This document shows, one piece after another, positions 1 to 12,080 of a DNA stretch of 64,000 nucleotides (within the stretch, counting starts at the first letter, position 1; every line of letters starts with the position of its first letter). The DNA is taken from positions 10,292,001 to 10,356,000 of the forward strand of contig CM060733.1 of the NCBI GenBank assembly GCA_030704615.1, in the 5' to 3' direction. A program made the position numbers and the translations under genes. The notes beneath the pieces were generated by a model. That model made no database searches. It saw only the letters and a program-made list of their open reading frames with translations, and was not told the DNA's origin. The DNA comes from Takakia lepidozioides (lineage: Eukaryota > Plantae > Bryophyta).

Positions 1-359
1 AGGCTGCCACATTCAAAATCGTGAATACAAGGTGACCATGAAGCTGTGCCTACAGAAGTGCAATATACAATCATTGGAGCTCTTGCAAGTATTAACAACC
101 TTTCACAGCATCCTATATTCATTTCCAAATGGCTGTATCCTCCACGGGAAGATGGAAAAAATTTCGGACTTTCAAACATACCAGTGGAGATTTTAAATGA
201 AACTTTTGGTTCTTCTCTTCCTATGCTTTGGCTCAAGGTAGGAAATCCAGAAGACTTAATGAGCTCAATTTACAACAACACCCTAGTCTGAGAAGCACTG
301 CGACAGATTACCTCAACGGCAAGCAGGTACCCTAGCAGAGGCCATAAAGAGAAAAACCT

Positions 360-2766
360 TAGACCAGTCAAATTGGAGCCCCAGCGTGGCCCAACGCAAC
401 TTCCTCAGCAATGTCTCAGCTGATACAGGTGTTTCCAAGGTTGTCAGTTGATCTTTGACCGTCCTTTCACAAAATTGCCATGTCTTGCCGTTCCCGTCTG
501 ATTGCGAAGTTGAACAATTAATGAGCAGATGAACATAAATGAACTCAAATAGGGCCACATCTGCATATGGGGACATAGTCAACACTTGTGCATGAGTGAT
601 AAGAAAATCCTCAACCTCACATGTACCACACATAATAAATGAAGGATCGTCATGCCTGATACATGTGAGAAAGAGTTTGAGACAGGCAACGCCACATTGT
701 GCCCACTCCACAAAAGCATGGCCAATCTGATTTTGACAGGTTGCATTACAGTCCATAACTGGCTGGTGCTTCACAGATTATGCCAACGTTCCATGTCTTA
801 ACACAAACTGGCACGCAAACACAGGGTTGGAGTTGAACTTACAAACTGAGGTACCTCTATCCTGAATTGTGAAAGTGCATCTCTACCTGTTTGAGAGCAC
901 TGAAAAGTTGGATTTTTTAACCCTATTGCAACCCTCCTCCGCTCTATTACCTTCCTCAGGTGTTGATGAAGCCAAGTCAAAATGATCTGTAGTGCTGTCA
1001 TGTCCCTCCAAATGACTCGTACATTCACATGAGACAGTTGGCTGTCTATTTTTCTGCATTCCAGCATCTGCTTTATGTCTCATATCCTTATCTTCAGACA
1101 ACCTAGATGCAGGAAAAGATAATTGGTTACTGGATGCCAACTTCACAAGCACTTTCCCCATTTGAGCTGCAGACCAGAGGTCCTGAATGGGCCCATATAA
1201 AGCATTGTGATTGGTACGATTTGGAGGTTGTGGAAATGTTCTCAAACATTCGCAGAGCCAGTGGAGCTGTTGTGTCATAGAGAGTGCTTCTGGTATAAAG
1301 TAAAACCCTGCAACCAAACATGCACAATAAGTACCGCAGAAATGTCTGCACCACTACCATAGATCTGAGAGTAGAAGCATAATGCAAGTAATGGTCTGAA
1401 AAATCCAGCATCTCCGCCCATAAATACCAAACTTCCTGCAATAGTGCTGAGCTAAGGACCCCAGAGATATGCTGATCAGCATCCATAATACTTTTTTTTG
1501 TAAAAGCTGAACCATCATAAGCATAGTTAACTCCCAATTAATGCTAAGATCAGAATCACTCCCAACCAGTGTACACCTCATAGGAACAATCCAGCGCATG
1601 TCCTCGTGGCATGCCCTGCTGAGTTTCCAGGGTGAAGTCATGGGAAGGAATTTGGCTCTAACTGGCCACAACCTCATTTGTTTACAACTGTTACAAACCA
1701 TAAACCCTCAGATGAACATCATCCTAGCTTCAACAAAAGCCTGACAAGATATCCTAGTTTGTCAGATCCGAACCTGAATGTTCATGGCTGTTATGTACAA
1801 AGAGGTTTTGCTTAAATGATTGATTTCATCTGGGAGAAATTGGTGCCAAGTGACCGGCAGTGTGATGAGGGAGACAGAGGTTTTCGAGTTTGTCCTGAGA
1901 TGTGTCCCCTTTTGCTCACAGTAAGAAGAGAATTATGACAGGATGAGGATTTAGAGGAATCCTCGTGGTCGTGGTCCAACCTAAACCCTAAACCTATCTA
2001 AAGCTGAAGCATTCATCCAGCCTTCACGATCCAACCTTCAAGCACTTTACTTCGTAGCTTAATAAGACTTTCGTGATCTCAACCAGCTACCCCACGAGAG
2101 AGAGAGAGAGAGAAAACTGACCGGGATGTCCATTAATAGTGTAGACGGACGAATCAAATGGACCTGCCAGGCGGCAGACTCCCTGCAAAGAACTGTCGTC
2201 CTGCAAGGCTGCTGCAATCTTTCTCATGTCCAGCACCTCTGATAAGTCGGTTGCTGGTACCGTTCTCCTACCGCAAGCATCAGTAACCACAAAATCAGCG
2301 CCTTTTTGAGTGCTACATACTTCTCTTGGTCTATTCTCCAAGAAATGTATGACAAAACCAAGCTTGATTGGTGGGTCGGAGAGAGGTAACACCCGAACCA
2401 GCTATGCACAAAATCAACGACTTTGAGGTAAACCCGAACCTCCTATGCACATGAATTGCGCAATTCAATGCAGCAGAAGGTGACTTGTTTAGCGCAGATC
2501 CATCCTGAGGGATGTGGGTGAAGACAAATCACATGCCACGTTTATGTTATGAAATTGACCCTCTTCAACGAAATCTAGACTGTACAAATATAATGGAAAC
2601 GACTTCAAATTTTGATAAGGGACCAAGAGATAAACTACAAACTAGAAGGTATGTACCGGGAGGAGCGGGAGTGAGAGGAGGCGTGAGTGTAGCGCTTGTA
2701 GCGCTTCTCAGCGCTACGGAAGGCGGTCCGCGCATGAGCACCCTGCTGTGCATCTTGGTAGCCCAT
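360..2766 (-). CDS. ALKBH1: AlkB homolog 1 (2OG-Fe(II) dioxygenase, plant ALKBH1A-like); spliced, continues beyond the left edge
   Basis: Exon 1 from ATG 2766 reads MGYQDAQQGAHARTAFRSAEKRYKRY. Later exons read DLSEVLD...VYTINGHPG (~2269-2140), GFYFIPEALS...FPQPPNRTNHNALYGPI (~1307-886) and LLRKLRWATLGLQFDWSK (~480-360). These are the motifs I recognise from ALKBH1, with GT-AG flanks. The HxD...H catalytic part is not in the window. Confidence 0.9.
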
Positions 2767-3971
2767 GCCTTGCTCTAATGCTCCAGCCCTCTGTCCATGT
2801 GGATGCTTGCTCTCTCTCTCTCTCTTTCGCAGAGGCAGAATCAGAGGTGGGAGAGCGAGAGAGGAAGGAACCTCAATCCCAAAGTTCTAGCGTGGATTTG
2901 AACCGAGGACCACCATTGAAGTATATCAACCAAATGTCGAAGGCGTTGGCAGTTTGCCAATTTCTAAGAACTGCAACCATCAACTAATCATTTTCAATGA
3001 CTAGTTTTAGTTAGATGTAAACACTGAATGAATTGGCAGTGTGAGGCGACATGGCCAAGATTTCATAGACTTGCTACCAGATAGATAAGAAATAGGTGAG
3101 AGGGCAGCTTGCTCTGTAATGGGTGCTTGCTGAGTATTTGAATGTCTGCAATGCACCTCAGTAGGTTAGTCGATGTGCCCACGATGCAAGGCACATGTTG
3201 TCCATGCACAGAGAGAGAGAGAGAGAGAGAGATGAGGCACATTACTGCCAGAAGCCCATAGAAACAGAAAGGTGAGTGGAATGGAGCGGGCGATCCTGAC
3301 AGAGAGATCAAATATATTACATCCTTTGGCTCTCGTAACTGAAGAAGAAAAGAGATTGTCATGGAAAGACAGTTCCAAATTGGTTTTAATGTTAAACAAT
3401 CAAGCTTCACACTGCTTTTTATCTGCTGGCACGTATGCACTCATTAGGGTGGTCGTCTATCCACCACTTTAACTTTTCTCTTGCTTGGCAGCAGCTAGAA
3501 GAATGAACTGTGCACACTGCATGAATGTACCCAATGCCTGCCACATTTCTTAGTATGTCCATCTCAACAAGTGAAACCAGTTATCATGCCATTGGTCGAA
3601 CGCCTCGTGCTAGCTGTGCTGACTCCACAAGTTCAAGAGGCACCTGCAATAACAGAATCCAACCATTAACCATTGATCTGCCCTACAGATTTTGCACCTT
3701 ACAGCCACGTTCAATAACACACCCTAGACTTTCCAACAGGAATTGCAATGAAGTCTTCCTGCCTTGCAAACATGAATGAAGAGCATCTAGAAGTCATGCA
3801 GCCACAATTGACAAGGGCATCCTCTCACGTAGAAGCCGTGGCAACTAGAGTACTGGCCAGCTGTCACCCGACCAATGTTAATCAAATGAGAACATTATAA
3901 CAGAAATTCCGTACCTACTTCCTGGGACCACCTCATATTTACGGATTAAATGCAGTAAGAAAGAAATGGGA

Positions 3972-5885
3972 TTATTGCAGGTGAAGGACCTGTTGAAGGA
4001 GAAGGTCCACCTGGTTGATCGCCAGCTTGAGCAACTGCAAAGAACCATCCAAATTGTTTCTGGGGGTACCTGATTTCTGACCCTCTGTCAAAAATAACAA
4101 GCCCTGATTGAAGAGATCTGTCCGGGCATAAGCCAAGCACTCCAACAGCTGAGCAACCATAAAAGAAGGATAACAAATCAGCTCAGTGTTGAACCGCGAT
4201 CCAGGTTTGTTTGATGACAGATTAAGGAGTATACAACTAAGGTAGATAAATTAAGACCATTACCATTAGAGCAAATGGCACTACTCTCATTCCAGTTCGG
4301 TAATAATCATTCTCTGGTCAGGCTGGAGTCTCAAAAACGCCTCACGCAGCTCCATCTCTCAGGAAGACTTGGAGCCACTTCTATCCAACAGATTTAGTCT
4401 CTGTATCATTGTGAACATGCCACTAATAAGTCCTCTATTTGTCTGTGTCCCCCTGGCAGGGAAGTGGTACAAGGAGAGGTTCGTACCTGCTCCACAATTT
4501 CCTTGTCAACCTCAAGTTCTTCCACCATTCCAGGAAGATTGATCTCCAATCGCTCATATATCCTATTCAAAGTCCTGCATAGCGAAAGTAGCAACCATTG
4601 AACAGAAAATACCATTGAACTAAGCATCAGCCTGAAATTGCCAAGTTGTTGGGTGATTTAACAGCATTTTTGATACTATAAGGGGCTAATTCTAGCAAAG
4701 CCTTTCTAACCACCAGCTTGCAGAGTATGTGAAACATGGCTGTGGTTGCACTGATGTGCGCAGAAAGGAGTAAGCTTTACAAAGTCCACAAAAGGAGGAG
4801 AGCTAATGAGCTGATGAGGTATGCAAATTGACATTCTTATAAGGAGAAGTATCAGCGGCGCCATGCATACCCCTGCCAAAACAAGCTGCATTGATGGGAA
4901 CGTAGAGAGTTTAATATGGCAAACCAAGAGAAAAATTCAAAATATACCTGAGGTGGGTCTCCAAATCGCCTGAGAACCCAAGGTTTGACTTCGCTTTAGT
5001 GAGAGAGGTGCGAAGAGAAGCCAGCATATCCCGTGCATCAAGGGCTGCAACAAGCGCTCCCAGAATGGGGTCCTCCTGAAGCTCACTTGCAGTCACTGCT
5101 TGCCTGCCCTACAGCAGAAATCAAATCAAACCCAAGATAAATCATAAAGCATCCAAGAGGTATGTCATTTGGTTCCATAAAGATATTTCAGCATTTCAGA
5201 TATGTCCCCACTAGGTGCACGAAGACAGAGAGCAAACAATGCTTCCGGTGACCCAATAAAATATCCTTGGCCAGAATTCTGAGTATTAACACCCACCACA
5301 TCCTACTCCAGGAAATCGTTTCCTTAGACGTTCGCTTTGCACTGGAAAGATTCTCATCAGTTAATTCAAGGACTGCAAGATTCTGATTCTAATTTTTCTA
5401 ACCAGGGGAAATAGTGGTAGACATTCTGAGGGAGTTTTAAGTTATAGAAGATTATGTGAACGAACACAAGGTGCATCATGCAGCCAAAATAGACCTCGAA
5501 AATGACCAAAGCTCTCCAAATCGTTACAGATGATTTTTTTTTTTATTGGTCGTCCTTATACCATAGCAGACATCAGCAAAGGCCATGCCATCCCTGCAAG
5601 GACCTTCCGCCGCATGCATTCCATGCTATGAATTCTCCACAGGCAACGCTCTCCACCATTTCCTTGTCTCTCTCCGCTACTGCGTCCATCGCCTTCCGTC
5701 AAAATCTCAGAAACTTGTCGCTGTGACGACTTCCGATGGCAAATCCTACTACGGAGAGAATGCAGGACCTCGAATTTTGCACTTAGTAAGTGCCCCCTCG
5801 CATTCTCAAACCCGGTGACACTGTCTGCAGACTTGGAAACAAAGCTTGCATGGCCAGTGGGGAGATGAACTATCGAACCCCGCAT
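3972..5885 (-). CDS. Uncharacterised small helical protein, probably plastid/thylakoid-lumen targeted (about 4 exons)
   Basis: Spliceable blocks at ~5885-5560, 5111-4948 (ELQEDPILGALVAALDARDMLASL), ~4575-4487 (TLNRIYERLEINLPGMVEELEVD) and ~4150-3972 (LLECLAYARTDL...LLKLAINQVDLLLQQV*). The N-terminus is Ser/Arg-rich and followed by RR + hydrophobic stretch + AVTA. The start codon is uncertain. Confidence 0.6.
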
Positions 5886-7349
5886 TCTCCTTCTGAACCC
5901 ACCAAACCAAAACGGACTAAATGGCAACACTTCGAGAGCAGACTTGCATCGGAATTGTGACACCCTCCCAACCCATCTCTCTCTCTCTCTCTCTCTCTCT
6001 CAAGGTGGCTTTGTTGTGTGTGTAACAAAGAATTGCCTTATCCCACTGCGTCTCTCTGTATCCTTCACTATGCCTAAAACTCCACTCAATGTCGTGTAAG
6101 TTTGAAAATTAGGAGACTATGTAGTTTTAGCATACAGCCGGAAATGAGTCCCTAAGTGCCACATCATCAGCAGCTGCAAATGAGTTTTTTATTTTTTATT
6201 TTTTATTTTAAAATTAGAGAAAGGGCCTCGACCCTGAAACTTTATTATGATAATTATTTGTGGGGAAAAAAATTAAAACCCCGCTGGAACGCCATACAGG
6301 CACACACACCGTAATCAGTGAGTTTGTTTTTCACTTGAGTGTCGTCGTGTTTATTTGAGTGTCTTTGCATTAAGTAAGAGAAGAGGGAAGGATGCTAGGA
6401 CATAAGGACGCATCAACAATGAGTGCTGCAAGTGAAGGCTGTGAGAAGAGAGGCACGACCCAAAAAAGATAAGGCAATGAAGAAAGCTGCATTGAAAGTG
6501 TTGGAGGTTTCACGCACCGTTGGTGTTGGAGGATGTGATGTCCAGGTTGACCTCTTCCAATCGTAAGAAAAATTTGTGGAGGAAAGATGTCTGGCTGGTT
6601 TTTTTGCTGTGAAATGCAGTGGTATTATCTCACCTGCATTTTCAAATGGTGATTAAAATTCTAACTATAAGTATCATTCAAATCGACAAACTCATGAAAG
6701 TTTTCTGAAAGACTATGATCAACCGCATTTCAAGTTTTTAAGTCACAACGTCGATATGGAAGAGAAAAAAATGTACGCGTTATATGGTAGTGCAGAGCTG
6801 AAAAACTGGGTGTGTTTACCTTATCACCCCTCCAATATTTTCAAAATGGCGTTTATTTATAGACACCTTCACCAACACTTTGGAAACAGTTGACAAGTAC
6901 ATTTTTCGGGTTGTTTGTTATCAATGCTGATATCGACTAAGTTTTATGCATTATGTATGTTTTTGTGGAAAGGAACGAACATGCACAGGTGTCAGGCTCT
7001 ATGGCGTACAATGTTAATGCCGACAGATCCCAGCATTGAAGCGGGTAAGGATATTTTTTTTCATGATGACTGCAAACGAGGTGCACAATATTTCGACGAG
7101 CCCTCATATACAAAAGAACCACTGGATTTCAATGTAGCATATGGTGATCGCTTTAGAGATGTCGTTGTTAATTAGGACTATGGAATGTAAATCCTGATGC
7201 ATATGTTGAATGACGGCAATAAGAAAAATATTTCTGAGTTTTATATGAAAAATTAGCTTTCTATCGCATTTAGTATCGTCCTCAATTATGTAGTATAGCT
7301 CCTCTGCCAATTGTTTTGAAGATCGTCATGTGAATAAGTCAGCAAGCTG

Positions 7350-8160
7350 TGAAATACAATGTGAGAGTTGTTGAAGGAGTACCTCATTCAATACATCGAA
7401 TCCATCAATATGAGGAACGTCTTCAAAACTTATCAATTTTTGGTACAAGCTCCAAGATTGCATTGTTACCCTTCAAGTTCCGATGCTTGAAGATAACTTC
7501 AAAACTGTCGGAGTGTGCAAATTTGTTCTTGCTCAAGAGCAACGTTGTCGCCTCAAATGTGCATAAAATACAAAAGATAGTCTCAACATAGGGGCAGTAA
7601 TTCGTTTTCTGCTTATGGTCACTGGTTCTCACAGCAGTACACCCAAAGGATGTCGTGTCAAGTTTGGGGGTCATTTGATCATATATTTGAGCCACAAGTT
7701 GGGGACTTTGGTGATTATAGGTGTTCGGAATTTTTTCCATCAAGTATGCAAGTCCTGCCGGTTTGGTTTTTGACACATGAGAGATATTTAGGATATGACA
7801 TCTCAAGGAGTCTAGTCCTTCTCAATATGGGGCTCATTGATCTTTAATTAGAGGTCGACTTATTTTACAATCTTGGTGACTCTACCTTTGGGGGTTGTAA
7901 TAGCCTATTACTTATACTCTGAGAGTGAATTAGAAACTGAAATAAATATAAATTGTTCCAAACTTTTACTTACCAACTCATTGTACAAGCTCCAAGATTG
8001 TTTTGTTGTGATCCATGGGCTTGGAAGGTATCTTCGAAACTGTTCAAGTGAGCGAATTTGTTCATGCTCAATACTCAATAACAATGTTGTCGCCTCCTAT
8101 GTGCATAAAAGACATATGTAAGGGACATTTTTTAACCCAACAATCATCTATTTACTCAAC
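7350..8160. repeat. Dispersed repeat family, left copies; related copies at ~27390-27660 and ~28230-28350
   Basis: CAATACATCGAATCCATCAATATGAGGAACGTCTTCAAAACTT...AAGCTCCAAGATTGCATTGTTA (~7389-7469) recurs nearly identically at ~28259-28341 and in part at ~7975-8010 and ~27395-27550. Confidence 0.75.
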
Positions 8161-8799
8161 AATTTCTAGTAGTTGATGTGATCATATGTGAATTGTATCT
8201 GATTATGGAGTTCAGACCCACTTGAGTACTTCAACCCCTTGATATGAGGAACATCGACGCGATGGCTTACGCTCCTCAGGTGCTACGTAGGAATCATGGC
8301 TATGACTTTGGCCTCGACAATAGTCAGTCTGAACCCCAAATCCCTTCATGTACAGCAAGTGTTGCATGAATCATACTTAAAACCCTATTTTAATTAATTC
8401 TGGACTTTTGGCTTAAATCCGGACTAAACTTAATATATATTTGTATTAAATTTAATTGAAATATTAATAATATCATGGTGTAATGTGTGATTGAACTTTG
8501 TGAAATTTCAGGTGATGTCATACTTGTTTCAAAATGTGTCATAGAAGAGGTTCATTTGACATTGAAGTGCTCAATGTGAAGTAGCAGTATTGAATAATTC
8601 ATAGAACGTCCACTTGGAAGTCGAATAAAGTAATATTCCATTGCAGGTCATCATGATAAACAAATGGGTCGCATCGAACATGGGCCAAACTCGTACTGTA
8701 CCATACTCAATACAACTTGCTAGTAATTTTATTGATTGAATCTTCATATGAAGCACAATGTTCACATACCACGCCATTGGAATGAATCATGTTTTGGAT

Positions 8800-10450
8800 G
8801 TGATAAGGGCAGTAAAATATTAGAATAGCATGAAACATTCGGAAGAGGTACTAGGGTAGTACAATAAGGTTTGGGGTGTAACTAGAGAGAAGTGTAAAAA
8901 GGTTTGGGTTTACAGTAAGGGTAAGGGTTTAGGGTTTGGATTTAAGGTACAAAAAGACAAACAAATATGATGGACTCAAACTCGGTAGAATGAAGAAATG
9001 GTTGAGGAATTTGATATCCATGTAATCATTCTATCATACCTTATCCAACAAAAGAAAAAATTAAAAGAGCATGAAACATTGAGAAGATGTAACATGGTAG
9101 TACAATAAGGTTTGGAGTGTAACTAGGGTAGTACACTAAAGTTATTGGTTTATGGTAAGATTAATGGTTTAGGGGTGATGGTAAAGATAGGGTTTTCGGT
9201 TTGGGTTTAAGAACACTATTGGACAAACAAATATGGAAAACTTACAGTCGCTAGAGAAGGATAAAAAATAAAATAAAAAAATAGATAAACAAATATTATG
9301 GAATAGTCATTGGGCCGGAGAAGTATTTAGATTGAGGATTCGTCCTTGGAACCTGGTATTAAGATACATATGGTTATGGTATGGATACTTCATTCCCATT
9401 TGCAAGGGAAGGGTAAGGGTTTAGACGTAACAATGACGTAGGGTTTTGTTTAGGGTTCCCGACGAGGGTTTAGGGTTTGGGTTGAAGGCAGAAATGGTGA
9501 GCATACATGCCGGAAGACTCGCACTCGCTACAACTTAGTGTTGTTAGTAAGGTAGTACTAAGCAAAATAAAAATGAAAAACCTAATATTATGGAAGTGTA
9601 GTCATTGCATCGGACAAGTATTTAAATGAAAGACTCGTCCTTGGAACCTGGTATTAAGATACATAGAAAGCAAAGATCGATAAAAAAAAGTAAGTGCATG
9701 TCAATCCAAACCAAAGGCAAAACCTTGCGCAAGGTGAAGGGCGAAGAGATTTGAATAACCATAAATAGTTATGGTTATGGTATGGATACTTCATTCCCAG
9801 TTGCAGGGGAAGGGTAAGGGTTTAGACGTAACAATGGCGTAGGGTTTTCTTTAGGGTTTTCGACGAGGGTTTAGGGCTTGGGTTGAAGGCAGAAATGGTG
9901 AGCATACATACCGGAAGACTCGCACTCGCTACAACTTAATGTGTGTTAGTATGGTACAAAATGGAAATTTGGTTACATTGAAGAGATTTGGATAACCAAA
10001 ATGGTTATAATTATGGTATGGATAGTTGATTCCCATTTGCAAAGGGAAAGGAAAGGGTTCTGGGGTATTGGGTTAAGGATAAATGTTTAGGGTTTTCTAG
10101 TAAGGGTTTAGGGTAAGGGTTTAGGGTTTTTGTTTAAGTTACAAAATAGACAAACACTAAGTCTTATGGAAAACTCCAGACTTCGCTAGAACTTAGTGTT
10201 GTTAGTAGGGTACTAGTAAGCAAAATAAAAATGAAGAACCTAATATTATGGACAGGTATTTAAATGAAAGACTCGTCGTTGGAACCTGGACCTAGTATTA
10301 AGATGTAACATAGAAAGCAAACTGTAACATGCCTAAATGCATGTCAATCCAAAACAAAGAAAAAAGCTAGCGCAAATGTGAAGGGAGAAGACATTTCAAT
10401 AACCATAATTGTTATGGTTATGGCTATGGTTATGGTAATATGAATAGATT
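8800..10450 (+). repeat. Degenerate tandem array with plant telomere-like TTTAGGG motifs
   Basis: Repeated AGGGTTTAGGG / AGGGTAAGGGTTTAG motifs (e.g. ~8920-8940, 9465-9480, 10100-10130). A ~165-bp block at ~9372-9537 is duplicated at ~9774-9938, with further diverged units. Confidence 0.8.
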
Positions 10451-11150
10451 TGGAAAGAAAATGGCGTTATATAACGACTATTGGGAAGCACCTGGATCTC
10501 ATGGGAGAAAATGGATCTGAAGAAAACATGAGAGAGGATAAAAAGTCAGACCATCAAATAAAAACTATGAGAAATAAAAATTGCTTAAAATTTGAACAAC
10601 GAAAAAGGACATGTGAAATTCCATCTTAAACCAGGGCCAAAGATGAGAAGTATGAAAATGAAACGAAATGAAAATTTGGTGCAGAAAAGTCGTAGAGCTT
10701 AGAGGGAAAATGGAGGAAAACCTCATAGAAAAAACTTGAGGACTGGCAAATTGAAGAACTGTATGTCAACAACGATTGAGTAAGGCTCCTCCTAGTGGGA
10801 GACTTCAGTGGGAGAATTTGTTATGCGAAAAGCAAGTCCAATGTTTTAGAGAAGGACTAGAAATGGGGCTATTTTCTTCCGTTGTTAAAAACCTCTTTGA
10901 CAGAATTTGAAGACTCCAGTGGTCGTGCCCGCCCATTTTGTTCTTGTGATCCATATGTTATGTAGGCGAAACTCCCCCACAGGGTCATCTTTGTTGACCA
11001 GGACGTACAGCAGGCCAACATCCAGCAAACCAGAAAAAAAGGACGAGAACGTCCACTGGACATTCGAGGTTCGGTGCGACATAAGAAGATAAGAAAAAGG
11101 ATCCCCCAACGCAAACAAGAAGGGCCATATAGAGAAGAAAAAATTATTTC

Positions 11151-11958
11151 TTAAATCGAAGTACTGGAGTTGACCTCAACAATATGTCCTTGGTCTGGAA
11201 CTCGCTCGCACGACTCGTTTTCTGACTGACGATTAGCCTCCTCCAAATTAGCGCGCGTCTTCACTGCTTCGGCGGCAGTAATTCTCTTAGTGCTATTCCT
11301 TGTCGTATTTTTTCGTGGAGGCATTGTCCACACAACATTGTTTACGTGGATCCATTGAGAGGGATCTGATGAGTTATACTCCCAAAGTTTGACCAACAGT
11401 CCCTGTACCTTTCCAAGTCTATTGGGTTACCACCTTTTCTCGGTCTCCACCACTCCACCTTCACCTTCTTAAAATTAGGATCCTCCCTTTCGCAGATCAC
11501 GTCAAATATTGCCACCCCCATCCAGACCGGGCACGTACTTGGATCATAAGGGCGAACGAGCACAAAAAACCCTTTCTCAATATCCTTGAACGGATTCAGG
11601 GATATTCTTGGTCGCTCACACCTTGGGCCACAGTAAGGTTCCAGGATTTCATCCTCTTCTTCCACATCTGGCAATATATGTGGATGGATTCCATCTCTTT
11701 GATGATTCTTGGACCAATTTGTTTTCGGCCAGAATCCCTCAAGAAGCTGAATACGGTCGGGAGCTTCTGGAATTGGCTTATCCAGCTCGGCGAGAATGTT
11801 TCCCCAATACTGGTCATATTGTTTCATTTGACCTCTGTAATGATCGTCAAGCATCATTCATTTCGTCCAAAAATCCCTGTATTTTTTTATTACATTCTTA
11901 ATGAATGACTGTTTTTCGGAGGAGTCGTCCCCGACTCCCCAGATAGGTCTCCTTGGAA
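11151..11958 (-). pseudogene. Sola-like transposase, 3' (C-terminal) part
   Basis: Continues in frame from the 23592-side segment once the 11959-23591 insertion and one TSD copy are removed: ...EGDPDAVPR/RPIWGVGDDSSEKQSFIKNVIKKYRDFWTK*MMLDDHYRGQMKQYDQYW. One internal stop and one frameshift near 11395. Confidence 0.8.
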
Positions 11959-12080
11959 CAGGGATGCCTCGGCGTGAGCCTGGTCAGGTGAGCGCAACTG
12001 CGCTCACGCCACGTCACCTTGCGCCAATGCCACGTCACGGGGCTCACTCCACGTCATCACACGTGAAGGCCGCGTCACCA
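11959..12080. repeat. Left TIR and subterminal GCTCACGCC/GCCACGTCA motifs
   Basis: Motifs at ~11971 (inverted), 12002, 12029 and 12042. Confidence 0.8.

Noticed and set aside
6419-7340. Possible decayed gene
   Set aside because: Coding-like patches exist, but all frames have stops and I recognise no motif.
8206-8338. Small MITE bounded by TGGAGTTCAGAC / GTCTGAACCCCA
   Set aside because: Only a 12-bp imperfect inverted match, with no TSD.
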